From an uncultured Ignavibacteria bacterium (GTDB taxonomy: Bacteria > Bacteroidota > Ignavibacteria > Ignavibacteriales > Ignavibacteriaceae), in the NCBI GenBank assembly GCA_963721075.1, contig CAVRHV010000008.1, positions 8,057 through 72,056 of the forward strand: a stretch of 64,000 bases of DNA, given 5' to 3'. The notes under the pieces are model-generated. The model had not been told where the DNA came from and searched no databases. It saw only the letters and a program-made list of their open reading frames with translations. The translations under genes and the position numbers were made by a program. Below are positions 51,201 through 59,404 of the stretch, piece by piece (positions within the stretch are counted from its first letter, which is position 1; every line of letters starts with the position of its first letter).

Positions 51201-51504
51201 TATCGCAGTCGTTCCAAATCCATATGTCGGCGCTGCTTCCTGGGAACCGGCAACTGTAGAGGTTGGCAGAGGAGAAAGAAGAATTTTCTTCATTCATCTG
51301 CCCCAGGAGTGTACTATCAGAATTTATACTATAAGCGGAAAACTTGTAAATACCATACAGCATAACAGTACGATTTCGGACGGGCAGGAAGTCTGGGATC
51401 TTGTATCGAAGGATGGAATGGATATTGCCTTCGGGGTTTATGCATTTCATGTCACTGCACCCGGAATTGGAGAGTACATTGGAAAATTTGCGGTAATAAA
51501 ATAA
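48253..51504 (+). CDS. 1083-aa secreted protein of unknown function with Asp-rich Ca-binding-like loops, an FN3-like module and a T9SS-type C-terminal domain
   Basis: Signal peptide. 'DNDQDGPTDEKRD' and 'GTDGIGPYDEGYTGPDPDGTEGNGRPDQGEPNFGVLDKDESDQLGLTGF'. 'VTLYWDD...EGYRVYRS...YYYAVAAYDKG'. Tail 'VVPNPYVG...IRIYTISGKLV...GVYAFHV...KFAVIK'. Confidence 0.85.
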   Translation: MLLKRINTSLIILITVFLIYPCLVFGQRIVDKNKGDHNQTKKGFMDGNLAATVYYNFGEVADWENEPSRSGVWPKGTNHTYVDGVAIIVQAEAQDPAGNLIHPLETNYYEFTRYDPSTGVTYGWWPLPGYSNPYNSSPARSDDASTWPTTWPDRPADWNNSWNGFFGKGVFNADVETYFVFDDDEDRQYLLEHNFHPDADDPTRGGLGMQVRARGFQWSQVLAEDAIFWYYEITNMGTYDYPKTLFAQYVDWGIGGHDNSSNNAGDYNELLDISYAWSTVPFGSPGNWTPVGYAGYAFLESPGVPDDNIDNDQDGPTDEKRDNLAVNFINSPDQDPFLRNPLQDTLKFSAFYGYSWRPHWDADENANWRSFFDLNENGVWDEGEALRDDVGTDGIGPYDEGYTGPDPDGTEGNGRPDQGEPNFGVLDKDESDQLGLTGFAIYPVHQYELDNDEENWQVLSALPSPHGQILENVNLANYFSSYLFSMNGRNTYSAITGQNEETGETERFSMSMIFGINTSDIFRRKKTVQQIYNANYRFAKPPEKPILTAVPGDHKVTLYWDDRAEKTFDEFYQRINFEGYRVYRSTEPNFLEDKIITDAYGKPIYRSPIAQFDLVDGVTGLHPIDVNGAKFYLGDDSGLKHSFIDTTVQNGQTYYYAVAAYDKGFETVTIEGNFEGIPPSETTTILKKDISGNITTDINTAVVTPRAPAAGYIAPEIQSFEGSGPGTGKISISILNPDSIKNNNTYRLEFYDNAPYHNSAHPDYSVINAVTNDTLLNKKNIKGVNEQSPVLDGFTIDIKSDTVVSIDYDKSDWKSGNSNYVVQLGFDSRFAPAYSGKKINYPADYEITFTEPGQGDLSFPATSFSNPIQSNIIVKNVTENNEHFQFIFRDQNHDELFNAGDAIFFVFGDSLGAPATGFSNLHVSWSVTLFKDTSIAEEDQKPPQPGDVYSFVNTKPFRDGEFYEFKTKAQGLDKSQAAKDLANIAVVPNPYVGAASWEPATVEVGRGERRIFFIHLPQECTIRIYTISGKLVNTIQHNSTISDGQEVWDLVSKDGMDIAFGVYAFHVTAPGIGEYIGKFAVIK

Positions 51505-51537
51505 TGAGATCTTTCAAATTTATTGCAAGAGGATGCC

Positions 51538-52575
51538 ATGCGTAATCTGTCTCATTTAACAATGATTTTAATAGCGCTGATTTGTTTATTCAGCGAAAGG
51601 GATATCTATTCCCAAAATGTTTCAAAGACCGGTACCACTGCAGCTGCATTCCTTGAGATAGGGGTTGGAGCTGCGGCGAACGGAATGGGCGGTGCATTCG
51701 TCGGCCGTGCTGATGACGCTTCAGCGCTTTACTGGAATGTCGCGGGTATTGCCTCCAGATCCCGCAACGAAGTAGTGCTGGTTCATACGAACTGGATTGC
51801 AGATACCAGGTTTGATTTTGCAGGTTTGGTTCTGAATCTGGGTGACTTCGGAAATATCGGGTTGAGCTTTACATCGCTATCTATGTCTGACATGAAGGTG
51901 AGAACTGTCCAACAGCCGGAGGGAACTGGGGAATATTTCAGTGCCGGTGATATTGCAGTCGGGCTTTCATATGCAAGATATCTTACCGACAGATTTTCGG
52001 TAGGTCTTACAGCAAAATATATTCAGCAGTCTATCTGGCATATGAATGCTACCGCTTTTGCGATCGATGCAGGAACCATTTTCAGAACCGATCTTCTTGG
52101 CGGTCTAACCATAGGAGCCGTACTGTCAAATTTTGGAACACCTATGCGCATGCAGGGCAGGGATGCAAGATATTTTATCAGGGTTGATGAAACGAAGCAG
52201 GGATCGAACGACAATATACCTGTGAATATAGATCTTGATTCCTGGGATCTTCCGCTCTATTTCCAGATTGGTGTTTCTACACCTGTATTAAATGAAGATG
52301 ATTATAAAATGTATGTATCTGCTGATGCCCTTGTTCCGAATAACGACTACCAGAGCCTGAATGTGGGCGCGGAATTTACCTTTATGGATATTTTATCTCT
52401 TCGGGGCGGGTATAATTCTTTGTTCCTGAAAGATTCTGAAGGAGGTTTATCGCTCGGGGTAGGAGTAAATTCGCAGATGCTTTTGAGTGTAGCCACCGTT
52501 TATTTCGATTATGCTTTCAGAGATTTCGGACGACTCGATAATGTACATAATTTTTCAATCGGAATAAGGTTTTAA
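51538..52575 (+). CDS. PorV/PorQ (UPF0164)-family outer-membrane beta-barrel protein
   Basis: 'GTTAAAFLEIGVGAAANGMGGAFVGRADDASALYWNVAGIA' is the family's N-terminal signature. Alternating barrel pattern with terminal 'FSIGIRF'. ATG 51538 follows AAGAGGA. The ORF-track start is 51523. Confidence 0.75.
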   Translation: MRNLSHLTMILIALICLFSERDIYSQNVSKTGTTAAAFLEIGVGAAANGMGGAFVGRADDASALYWNVAGIASRSRNEVVLVHTNWIADTRFDFAGLVLNLGDFGNIGLSFTSLSMSDMKVRTVQQPEGTGEYFSAGDIAVGLSYARYLTDRFSVGLTAKYIQQSIWHMNATAFAIDAGTIFRTDLLGGLTIGAVLSNFGTPMRMQGRDARYFIRVDETKQGSNDNIPVNIDLDSWDLPLYFQIGVSTPVLNEDDYKMYVSADALVPNNDYQSLNVGAEFTFMDILSLRGGYNSLFLKDSEGGLSLGVGVNSQMLLSVATVYFDYAFRDFGRLDNVHNFSIGIRF

Positions 52576-52606
52576 TCCGGATTCTATTTTCACGTAAGTT
52601 CTCGAT

Positions 52607-54127
52607 ATGAAAACGAAAATTTTCTTACTCCTGATTTTTCTGTGTAACGCGGTTTTTATATGTGCTCAGGATCTGTTTCTTGAATCAAAACAGGATAGCG
52701 TTGGTAAGGAGGATATTGTAGCGCAGGTTGATACAATTAAGATAACTGCAGAGGAGTTTTATTATTCTTACGAGTTTGGTCCGGCCTTTCCTAAAAGAGA
52801 AAAGAATTCAAAGTCTGTTCATTTAAAATATCTTATTAATGAAAAACTTCTTGCACTGGAAGGCTATAAAACCGGTGTAATGGAGCAGAATGACGTACAG
52901 GGTATGTATAATGACTATAAAGCGGATCTGGCTTCCGAGGAAATGTTCAGACAGGAAATTCTTCCGGATGTTAAGATCACTAAGGATGAAATAGACAGGG
53001 TCACTGAAAAAAAGCTTATAGAATATGATATAAGATGGCTCTATAGCCGCGATGAAAATTCCGCGGCAGGTCTGCTGAAGAAATTAAAAAATGGGGCATC
53101 ATTTGATTCATTATTCAACGGGCAGCTCAATGATTCTGTTTTTATTAACGACAGGAAGATGACCGGCACTTTATATGATATATATATGAAGAATCCTCTT
53201 CTCGCCGGCATCCTCGATACTCTGCAGGCCGGAATTATTCCTCCTCCGATTCATACTGATGACGGATGGTATATTATAAAGGTTGATAATATTCAGAGAA
53301 GTCTTATCAATGGCGAAGCTGAAATTAATAAACTGAGGTCGGAATCTGAAGAGGGAATTAAGAAAAGTAAAATGGGGATAAAGTCGGATGAATTCATTAA
53401 AGGTCTTTTCGATAAAGAAAATCCGGTAATTAAGCGTGATGCATTTAATCTGTTAAGATCCTACCTGGGAAAATTTGTACTGCCGTCTGAGAAGTATCAG
53501 GAATGGGGACTCGAGGGAAAACTGGATTCAGCTTTGTCGGCATTGGGTCTCAAACGAGGCGACAAATATCCAGGAATAATACTGGTCACAGGATCGGTTT
53601 ATGAATATTCGCTGGACGATTTTATTGAATGGTACAGGGACAGGTCGGAGTATATTAAGTTTTCCGAAGATGATTTAAACAGTTTCTCATATTCTCTGGA
53701 AAATCTGGTCTGGATTATGGCGAGAGACAGGATGCTGGCAAAGACAGCGGAGAATAAAGGCTATACTAAATCTCCCTGGGTCAAAAAACAGACATCCTGG
53801 TGGAGAGATAAGATAGCATATAGTGCTTACCGGAACAAACTGGAAAAATCTATTGCTCTTAACTCAGATGAAATTAAGTTGATAAAGGAGAATAAAAAAT
53901 CAAAATCAGATATTATGAGTGAAGAGCTTTCGAAGAAAGTACTTCATAAGGTCCTTCAGCTCAGACAGGAGCATAAGGTTATTATTAACAAAGACATACT
54001 TGATAAAATTAAGGTCTCATCTGAAAACGACAGGAAAGCCATCGACATTTATTTTATTAAAAGAGGCAACTTGATACCAAGAACATTGTATCCCTCTATA
54101 GATAATGACTGGATCAGCTGGGAATAA
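52607..54127 (+). CDS. SurA/parvulin-like periplasmic chaperone or peptidyl-prolyl isomerase (weak)
   Basis: Signal peptide. The 'LQAGIIPPPIHTDDGWYIIKVDNI' segment resembles the end of a parvulin domain. The rest is helical and Lys/Glu-rich. Confidence 0.5.
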   Translation: MKTKIFLLLIFLCNAVFICAQDLFLESKQDSVGKEDIVAQVDTIKITAEEFYYSYEFGPAFPKREKNSKSVHLKYLINEKLLALEGYKTGVMEQNDVQGMYNDYKADLASEEMFRQEILPDVKITKDEIDRVTEKKLIEYDIRWLYSRDENSAAGLLKKLKNGASFDSLFNGQLNDSVFINDRKMTGTLYDIYMKNPLLAGILDTLQAGIIPPPIHTDDGWYIIKVDNIQRSLINGEAEINKLRSESEEGIKKSKMGIKSDEFIKGLFDKENPVIKRDAFNLLRSYLGKFVLPSEKYQEWGLEGKLDSALSALGLKRGDKYPGIILVTGSVYEYSLDDFIEWYRDRSEYIKFSEDDLNSFSYSLENLVWIMARDRMLAKTAENKGYTKSPWVKKQTSWWRDKIAYSAYRNKLEKSIALNSDEIKLIKENKKSKSDIMSEELSKKVLHKVLQLRQEHKVIINKDILDKIKVSSENDRKAIDIYFIKRGNLIPRTLYPSIDNDWISWE

Positions 54128-54130
54128 TTA

Positions 54131-55417
54131 ATGAAGATCCCCTTAATTATAATTTTTAGTCTGGTTCTGCTCTCTTTGAATAGCTGCAGCAGCGATAAAA
54201 AAAATGAAAATCGCCTTCTTTACTGGTGTTCTAATAACTCAGATGAAATAAGTTTTGCAAAGGTACGTACTGCAGAATGGAACAGCGGCAGACCTGAACT
54301 CCCTGTTAAATTTCAGCCTGTTCCTGAGGGACGATCAAGTGAAGAGATCATTCTTGCTGCGGTTGTGGGCAATACTACTCCGGATATTTATTCTAATATG
54401 TGGCAGGGGGATGTTGAAGCCTATGCCCAGGCAGGTGTACTGGTCGCACTCGATACCCTGGCAGGCTTCATGGATTTTATGTACAGCAGATGTGATAGTT
54501 CTGTGATTGAAGAAATCACTTCACAGGATGGACATATATACCAGATTCCGTGGAAAATAAATCCTATCATGCTTATATATAATGTTAATATAATTAACAA
54601 CCTCGGATTGAAAAATCCTCCGCAAACCTATGATCAGTTCTTTGACGCATCAAAGAAATTTCAGAAGGACATCAATGGCGACGGTTATGTTGACAGGTGG
54701 TTCGGATACTCGGAGGTACTTGTTACCTGGTGGCAGAGATTTTTTGATTTTTATCCCCTTTATCTTGGCGCTTCCGGCGGAGCACCTCTGGTTAAAGATG
54801 ATAAAGCTGTTTTTGATAATAAATATGCGGTTGAAGTATTCAGGTTTCTTCAGACTTTATATAAGAAAAAATACTTTGCAAAAGAACAACTGTCAGCCAG
54901 GCAGGATCCTTTTTTGTCGGGCGTAATTGCCTCACGTTTTACCGGACCCTGGGAAATCGCTCACGCCGAAAAATATAAACCTGAAGGGTTTATTTATGAT
55001 TACACAACTCTGCCTGTGCCCGATGACCATAAAGGTCCTGTCTATACATACGGCGATCCGAAGAACATTGTAATCTTTAAAAGCTGTAAAGATCCGGCGG
55101 CTGCATGGGATTATATTAAAACACTGATAAATAAAGAAGGGGATTTGAAGCTCCTGGAATTAACCAACCAGCTTCCCAGGCGTAAGGATCTGGAGAAAGA
55201 TCCTTTTTTCAGCAGCTATTTCAGTAAAAATCCAAAGATGAAAGTATTTGCGGAAGAGGCAAGGTACGTAAAAGGCACAGATGCATCGCCCGTACTGAAA
55301 GAAGTTTTCGATTTAATCTCACAGGAATATGAAGCGTGTGTCGTTTACGGTCAGAAGACTCCTGAACAGGCGGTCAAAGATGCCGCTGATGCAGTAAATT
55401 TATTGTTTATAAAATAA
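54131..55417 (+). CDS. ABC sugar transporter substrate-binding lipoprotein (family 1 SBP)
   Basis: Lipobox 'LSLNSCSS'. Typical SBP_bac_1 length and pattern. Followed by two permeases. Confidence 0.88.
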   Translation: MKIPLIIIFSLVLLSLNSCSSDKKNENRLLYWCSNNSDEISFAKVRTAEWNSGRPELPVKFQPVPEGRSSEEIILAAVVGNTTPDIYSNMWQGDVEAYAQAGVLVALDTLAGFMDFMYSRCDSSVIEEITSQDGHIYQIPWKINPIMLIYNVNIINNLGLKNPPQTYDQFFDASKKFQKDINGDGYVDRWFGYSEVLVTWWQRFFDFYPLYLGASGGAPLVKDDKAVFDNKYAVEVFRFLQTLYKKKYFAKEQLSARQDPFLSGVIASRFTGPWEIAHAEKYKPEGFIYDYTTLPVPDDHKGPVYTYGDPKNIVIFKSCKDPAAAWDYIKTLINKEGDLKLLELTNQLPRRKDLEKDPFFSSYFSKNPKMKVFAEEARYVKGTDASPVLKEVFDLISQEYEACVVYGQKTPEQAVKDAADAVNLLFIK

Positions 55418-55426
55418 AATACAGGA

Positions 55427-56287
55427 ATGAGTAACAGAAAAAAAATATTACCTTACCTGCTTGTTTCACCCTATATAATACACTTCCTGCTGTTTGTTTC
55501 GTTCCCTGTGGTCTTTTCGATAATTCTAACATTCCACAAATGGAATATAATTTCTCCGATGGAGTATTCAGGAATTACGAATTATGTTAAATTGTTTGCC
55601 GATAAAACGTTTTTCAAATCAATCTTTAATACACTTATATTCCTCGTCATTCATATTCCATTGCAGATTATTGTTGCGCTCTTTCTTGCTGAAGTCTTAA
55701 ATCAGAATATTAGACTGCGGGGACTTTTTCGGGGGGCGTTTTTCCTGCCTGTTATAGTTTCAGGTGTAGTTGTGTCAATGTTGTGGCAGCAATTATACGG
55801 CTTCGATACCGGTCTGCTTAACAGACTGCTGACATCTATAGGCCTTGATAAGGTCGGCTGGCTGATCGATCCCAAAATAGCTATGCCTTCGATTGCACTG
55901 ATGGCGACATGGAAAAATGTCGGGCTCTATATAATTTTATTCCTGGTAGGACTCCAGACAGTCCCTGTACAATATTATGAGGCCGCTGATCTCGAAGGAG
56001 CCTCTCATTTTCAGAAATTCTTTAAGATCACCCTTCCCATGATAAATCCTACGATATTTATGGTAGTTATTCTTTCAACTATCGGAGGCTTTTCATTATT
56101 TATTGAACCATATATAATGACGGGCGGGGGACCCTTGAACAGTACGGTATCGGCGGTACTTTATATCTACAAACAGGGCTTCTTTTATTACCATATGGGA
56201 TATGCTGCTACACTGGGATTGTTCTTTGCATTGATCATTCTTGCGGTTGTGGTAATTCAGAAAAAGTTCATAGAGAAAAACAATTGA
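55427..56287 (+). CDS. carbohydrate ABC transporter permease
   Basis: Six TM segments and the EAA loop 'YYEAADLEGASHFQKFFKITLPM'. Confidence 0.92.
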   Translation: MSNRKKILPYLLVSPYIIHFLLFVSFPVVFSIILTFHKWNIISPMEYSGITNYVKLFADKTFFKSIFNTLIFLVIHIPLQIIVALFLAEVLNQNIRLRGLFRGAFFLPVIVSGVVVSMLWQQLYGFDTGLLNRLLTSIGLDKVGWLIDPKIAMPSIALMATWKNVGLYIILFLVGLQTVPVQYYEAADLEGASHFQKFFKITLPMINPTIFMVVILSTIGGFSLFIEPYIMTGGGPLNSTVSAVLYIYKQGFFYYHMGYAATLGLFFALIILAVVVIQKKFIEKNN

Positions 56288-57102
56288 AATATCTTAAAAA
56301 AATATTGTTCTATGCTGCACTGACTATCAGTGCACTGACCTTTGTTTATCCATTCTACTGGATGGTAATGGGTTCATTCTCGCCTGAAAAAGAAATCGGA
56401 AGTCTTACTTTCCTGCCGGATTCAGTGACTTTGAGCAGCTATTCACAGATGTTTGACAAGATACCGATAGGCGGAGCATTTGTGAACAGTATGATCGTTT
56501 CTCTGTCTATCACTATCGGAGTGCTTGTTTTTGGATCAATGATCGGATATGCCCTGGCAAAGCTTACCTTCAGGGGAAGAGAGCTAATATTTTATATAAT
56601 CATTTTTACCATGACGCTGCCTTTCCAGATAACGCTTATACCACAGTACATAATTATGGTAAAATTCGGATGGATTGATACATATCTTGCACTTATAGTC
56701 CCGTACCTCATCAATGCCCTGAGCATAATTATGTTCAGGCAGTATTTCAAGACGATACCCGACAGCCTGATAGATGCCGCAAGGATAGACGGCTGTAATG
56801 AGCTTCAGATAATATTCAGGATATTATGGCCTAATTCGATGCCCGCTATAATAACGATAGCAATTATTACTTTTATGGCTTCGTGGAATGAAGTGCTCTG
56901 GCCTTTGATTGTTATCCGCGATGAAAGTTTAATGACTATGCCCCAGCTTGTTACACTCTTTTCTGTGGGAGGCAGAGCGGACTCACAGCTTGGTGTCAAA
57001 CTTGCTTCGGCAGTAATGCTTGCCCTGCCGATAGTACTGGCGTATCTGTTCTTCCAGAAATATTTCATACAAAGTATGACTTCAACAGGGTTAAAGGAAT
57101 AA
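56284..57102 (+). CDS. carbohydrate ABC transporter permease (TTG start)
   Basis: EAA loop 'LIDAARIDGCNELQIFRILWP...'. 4-nt overlap with the upstream permease gene. Confidence 0.92.
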   Translation: MKYLKKILFYAALTISALTFVYPFYWMVMGSFSPEKEIGSLTFLPDSVTLSSYSQMFDKIPIGGAFVNSMIVSLSITIGVLVFGSMIGYALAKLTFRGRELIFYIIIFTMTLPFQITLIPQYIIMVKFGWIDTYLALIVPYLINALSIIMFRQYFKTIPDSLIDAARIDGCNELQIIFRILWPNSMPAIITIAIITFMASWNEVLWPLIVIRDESLMTMPQLVTLFSVGGRADSQLGVKLASAVMLALPIVLAYLFFQKYFIQSMTSTGLKE

Positions 57103-57199
57103 AATAATTATGCTACTTAATAATTCAAAAACAGGAACTCAGAGTCCTGAAGCAGATAGGTTTGACAAGAGCAAAATGGAAAAACAAGGAGTATCATTA

Positions 57200-58105
57200 A
57201 TGAATAAGATAGTTAAGTATGAGGGTAACCCAATACTGACGAATAGAGATGTTCCGTTTAGGGTTAATTCGATTTTTAATGCAGGTGCGGTTAAAATAGG
57301 GGATCGTTATCTGCTGCTTTGCAGAACAGAGATGCCAGATGGGAGGTCCTCTTTTACCCTGGCTGAGAGTACTGATGGAATAAAATTTATGGTTGCAGAT
57401 AAACCTTGCCTTACGCCGCGCGATCACAAGGATTTTTTTGAATATGTTGAATGGGGAATTGAAGATCCGAGGATTATCCCCATTGACGGCAGTTATTATA
57501 TTACTTACACCGGTTACTCTCAATATCAGCCGCTTGTTATGCTTGCTGAAACAAATGATTTCAAAAGCTTTATCGTACATGGACCGATCAGTGAACCATC
57601 CAACAAAGACTGCTCTTTTTTTCCTGAAAAGATAGACGGCTATTATTGGAAAGTTGACAGACCCTCTGCCGGAAATCGAAAAGATATATGGATCAGCAAA
57701 AGTCCCGATCTTATTCACTGGGGCTCGCCGCGTGTTTTGATGCAGCCGCTTCCCGGAACATGGGAAGCCGATAAAATTGGTTCTTCGAGTAATCCGGTTC
57801 GGACAGAAGAAGGGTGGCTGATGCTTTATCATGGAGTACGGGAGTTTCCTGCCAGCTCAATCTATAAACTTGGAGTTGTTCTGCTTGATTTGGAAAAACC
57901 CTGGGTTGTAAAAGGAAGAAGCCGGGAACCGATTATTTTTCCTGATCATGATTATGAAAGAACGGGAGATGTTATGAATGTGGTGTTTTCCAATGGCTGG
58001 ATATCCGAACCGGATGGTAAACTAAAAATTTACTACTCAGGTGCAGATACTAACGTAAGCCTTGCGGTTACATCGAAAGAATACCTGGTGTCTTTATGTA
58101 TATAA
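57200..58105 (+). CDS. GH130-family glycoside phosphorylase/hydrolase (beta-mannoside-acting family)
   Basis: 'YEGNPILT...NAGAVKIGDRYLLLCR', 'GIEDPRI', 'YYITYTGYS', 'NKDCSFFPEK' and 'GWLMLYHGV...YKLGVVLLDLEKP'. ATG 57200 follows AAGGAG at 8-nt spacing. The ORF-track start is 57110. Confidence 0.85.
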   Translation: MNKIVKYEGNPILTNRDVPFRVNSIFNAGAVKIGDRYLLLCRTEMPDGRSSFTLAESTDGIKFMVADKPCLTPRDHKDFFEYVEWGIEDPRIIPIDGSYYITYTGYSQYQPLVMLAETNDFKSFIVHGPISEPSNKDCSFFPEKIDGYYWKVDRPSAGNRKDIWISKSPDLIHWGSPRVLMQPLPGTWEADKIGSSSNPVRTEEGWLMLYHGVREFPASSIYKLGVVLLDLEKPWVVKGRSREPIIFPDHDYERTGDVMNVVFSNGWISEPDGKLKIYYSGADTNVSLAVTSKEYLVSLCI

Positions 58106-59397
58106 AAATAATTAAAGTTAGATTTTTACTTTTAACTGTCTCCACTTTGTTTCTGTTTTCTTCCTGCGAATCTGCAAATGAACAGATGCAGAGTAAAGAT
58201 TCGCTGGTAAACTCAGCTCACCTTGACTCTCTTTACGAGCAGATAAATGTTAATGATAAAGTTATGGGAATTATCCACATATACAGCGATTATCCATCAT
58301 ATAAATGGGTCTCTGATGATGATGAAGGAGCTGCCTGCGTTGACGATGCTGCCCGTGCTGCGGTTTTTTACCTCAAAGAGTATGATTTAAGAAAAGATAC
58401 TGCAGCACTTGTAAAGGCTGAAAAACTAATTGAATTCTTGCTGTTTATGCAGTCGGATAACGGCTTTTTCTATAATTTCATTTTTGACGATAATACTATA
58501 AACAAGACTCACAAAAATAGTATTAATATTGCAGGCTGGTGGAGTTGGCGCGCAATGTGGGCTCTTTCTGAAGGTTATAGAATACTTAAAGAAATTGACC
58601 CGGATTTGTCCGGCAGGATAGCTGCGTCTTTAGGCAAAGCAGTAAATGCAGCAGAAAAATCTTTTCCGGTTGAGCAGAAAACAAGGAGTGTAGAAGGTGT
58701 AGAAATTCCTGAATGGCTGCCTGATGAAAGTGCCTCAGACCAGGCTGCGGTTCTCTTGCTTGCTTTCTTAAATGTATTTGAGCAGACTAAGGATTCTGTA
58801 GTTCTCAGGTATGCCGATACATTATGCGATGGTATCCTTCTTATGCAGAAAGGTGGCTCTGAAGAAATTCCGTACGGTGCTTTCCTGAGCTGGCAGAATA
58901 TCTGGCATGCCTACGGAAGCAGCCAGTCATATGCGCTGTTAAAGGCTTCCCGAATATTAAAAAGAACTGACATTCGGTCTGCTGCAATTAAGGAGATTAA
59001 TTTCTTTTATGATTATCTGCTGAAAAAGAATTTTCTCAACAGTTTTGAAATTACAAAAGCAGGAAGCAGCTATAATTTCTCTAAGGAGGAAAGATTTTCA
59101 CAGATAGCTTACGGGATAAGACCTATGATATTTTCATGCCTGGAGGCATTCTCATTAACAGGCGACTCAGCCTTTTATTCCAAAGCTGCAAAGATAGCTG
59201 GCTGGTTTTTCGGTCAAAATCCTGCAAATACCCGGATGTACAATCCTTCTAACGGAATTTGTTTTGACGGCATAAATTCTGCCGATGAAGTCAATTTAAA
59301 TTCCGGAGCGGAATCTACAATAGAAGCCCTGCTCTCGATGCAGATGCTTGAACAATATGGATTAAGCAATAGTATTATCAAACAAAGATTGGAATAA
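58096..59397 (+). CDS. lipoprotein of unknown function (helical, possibly (alpha/alpha)-toroid)
   Basis: Lipobox 'LFSSCES'. Trp/Ala-rich helices ('GWWSWRAMWALSEGY'). I recognise no family. Confidence 0.55.
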   Translation: MYIKIIKVRFLLLTVSTLFLFSSCESANEQMQSKDSLVNSAHLDSLYEQINVNDKVMGIIHIYSDYPSYKWVSDDDEGAACVDDAARAAVFYLKEYDLRKDTAALVKAEKLIEFLLFMQSDNGFFYNFIFDDNTINKTHKNSINIAGWWSWRAMWALSEGYRILKEIDPDLSGRIAASLGKAVNAAEKSFPVEQKTRSVEGVEIPEWLPDESASDQAAVLLLAFLNVFEQTKDSVVLRYADTLCDGILLMQKGGSEEIPYGAFLSWQNIWHAYGSSQSYALLKASRILKRTDIRSAAIKEINFFYDYLLKKNFLNSFEITKAGSSYNFSKEERFSQIAYGIRPMIFSCLEAFSLTGDSAFYSKAAKIAGWFFGQNPANTRMYNPSNGICFDGINSADEVNLNSGAESTIEALLSMQMLEQYGLSNSIIKQRLE

Positions 59398-59404
59398 TCT
59401 GAAA

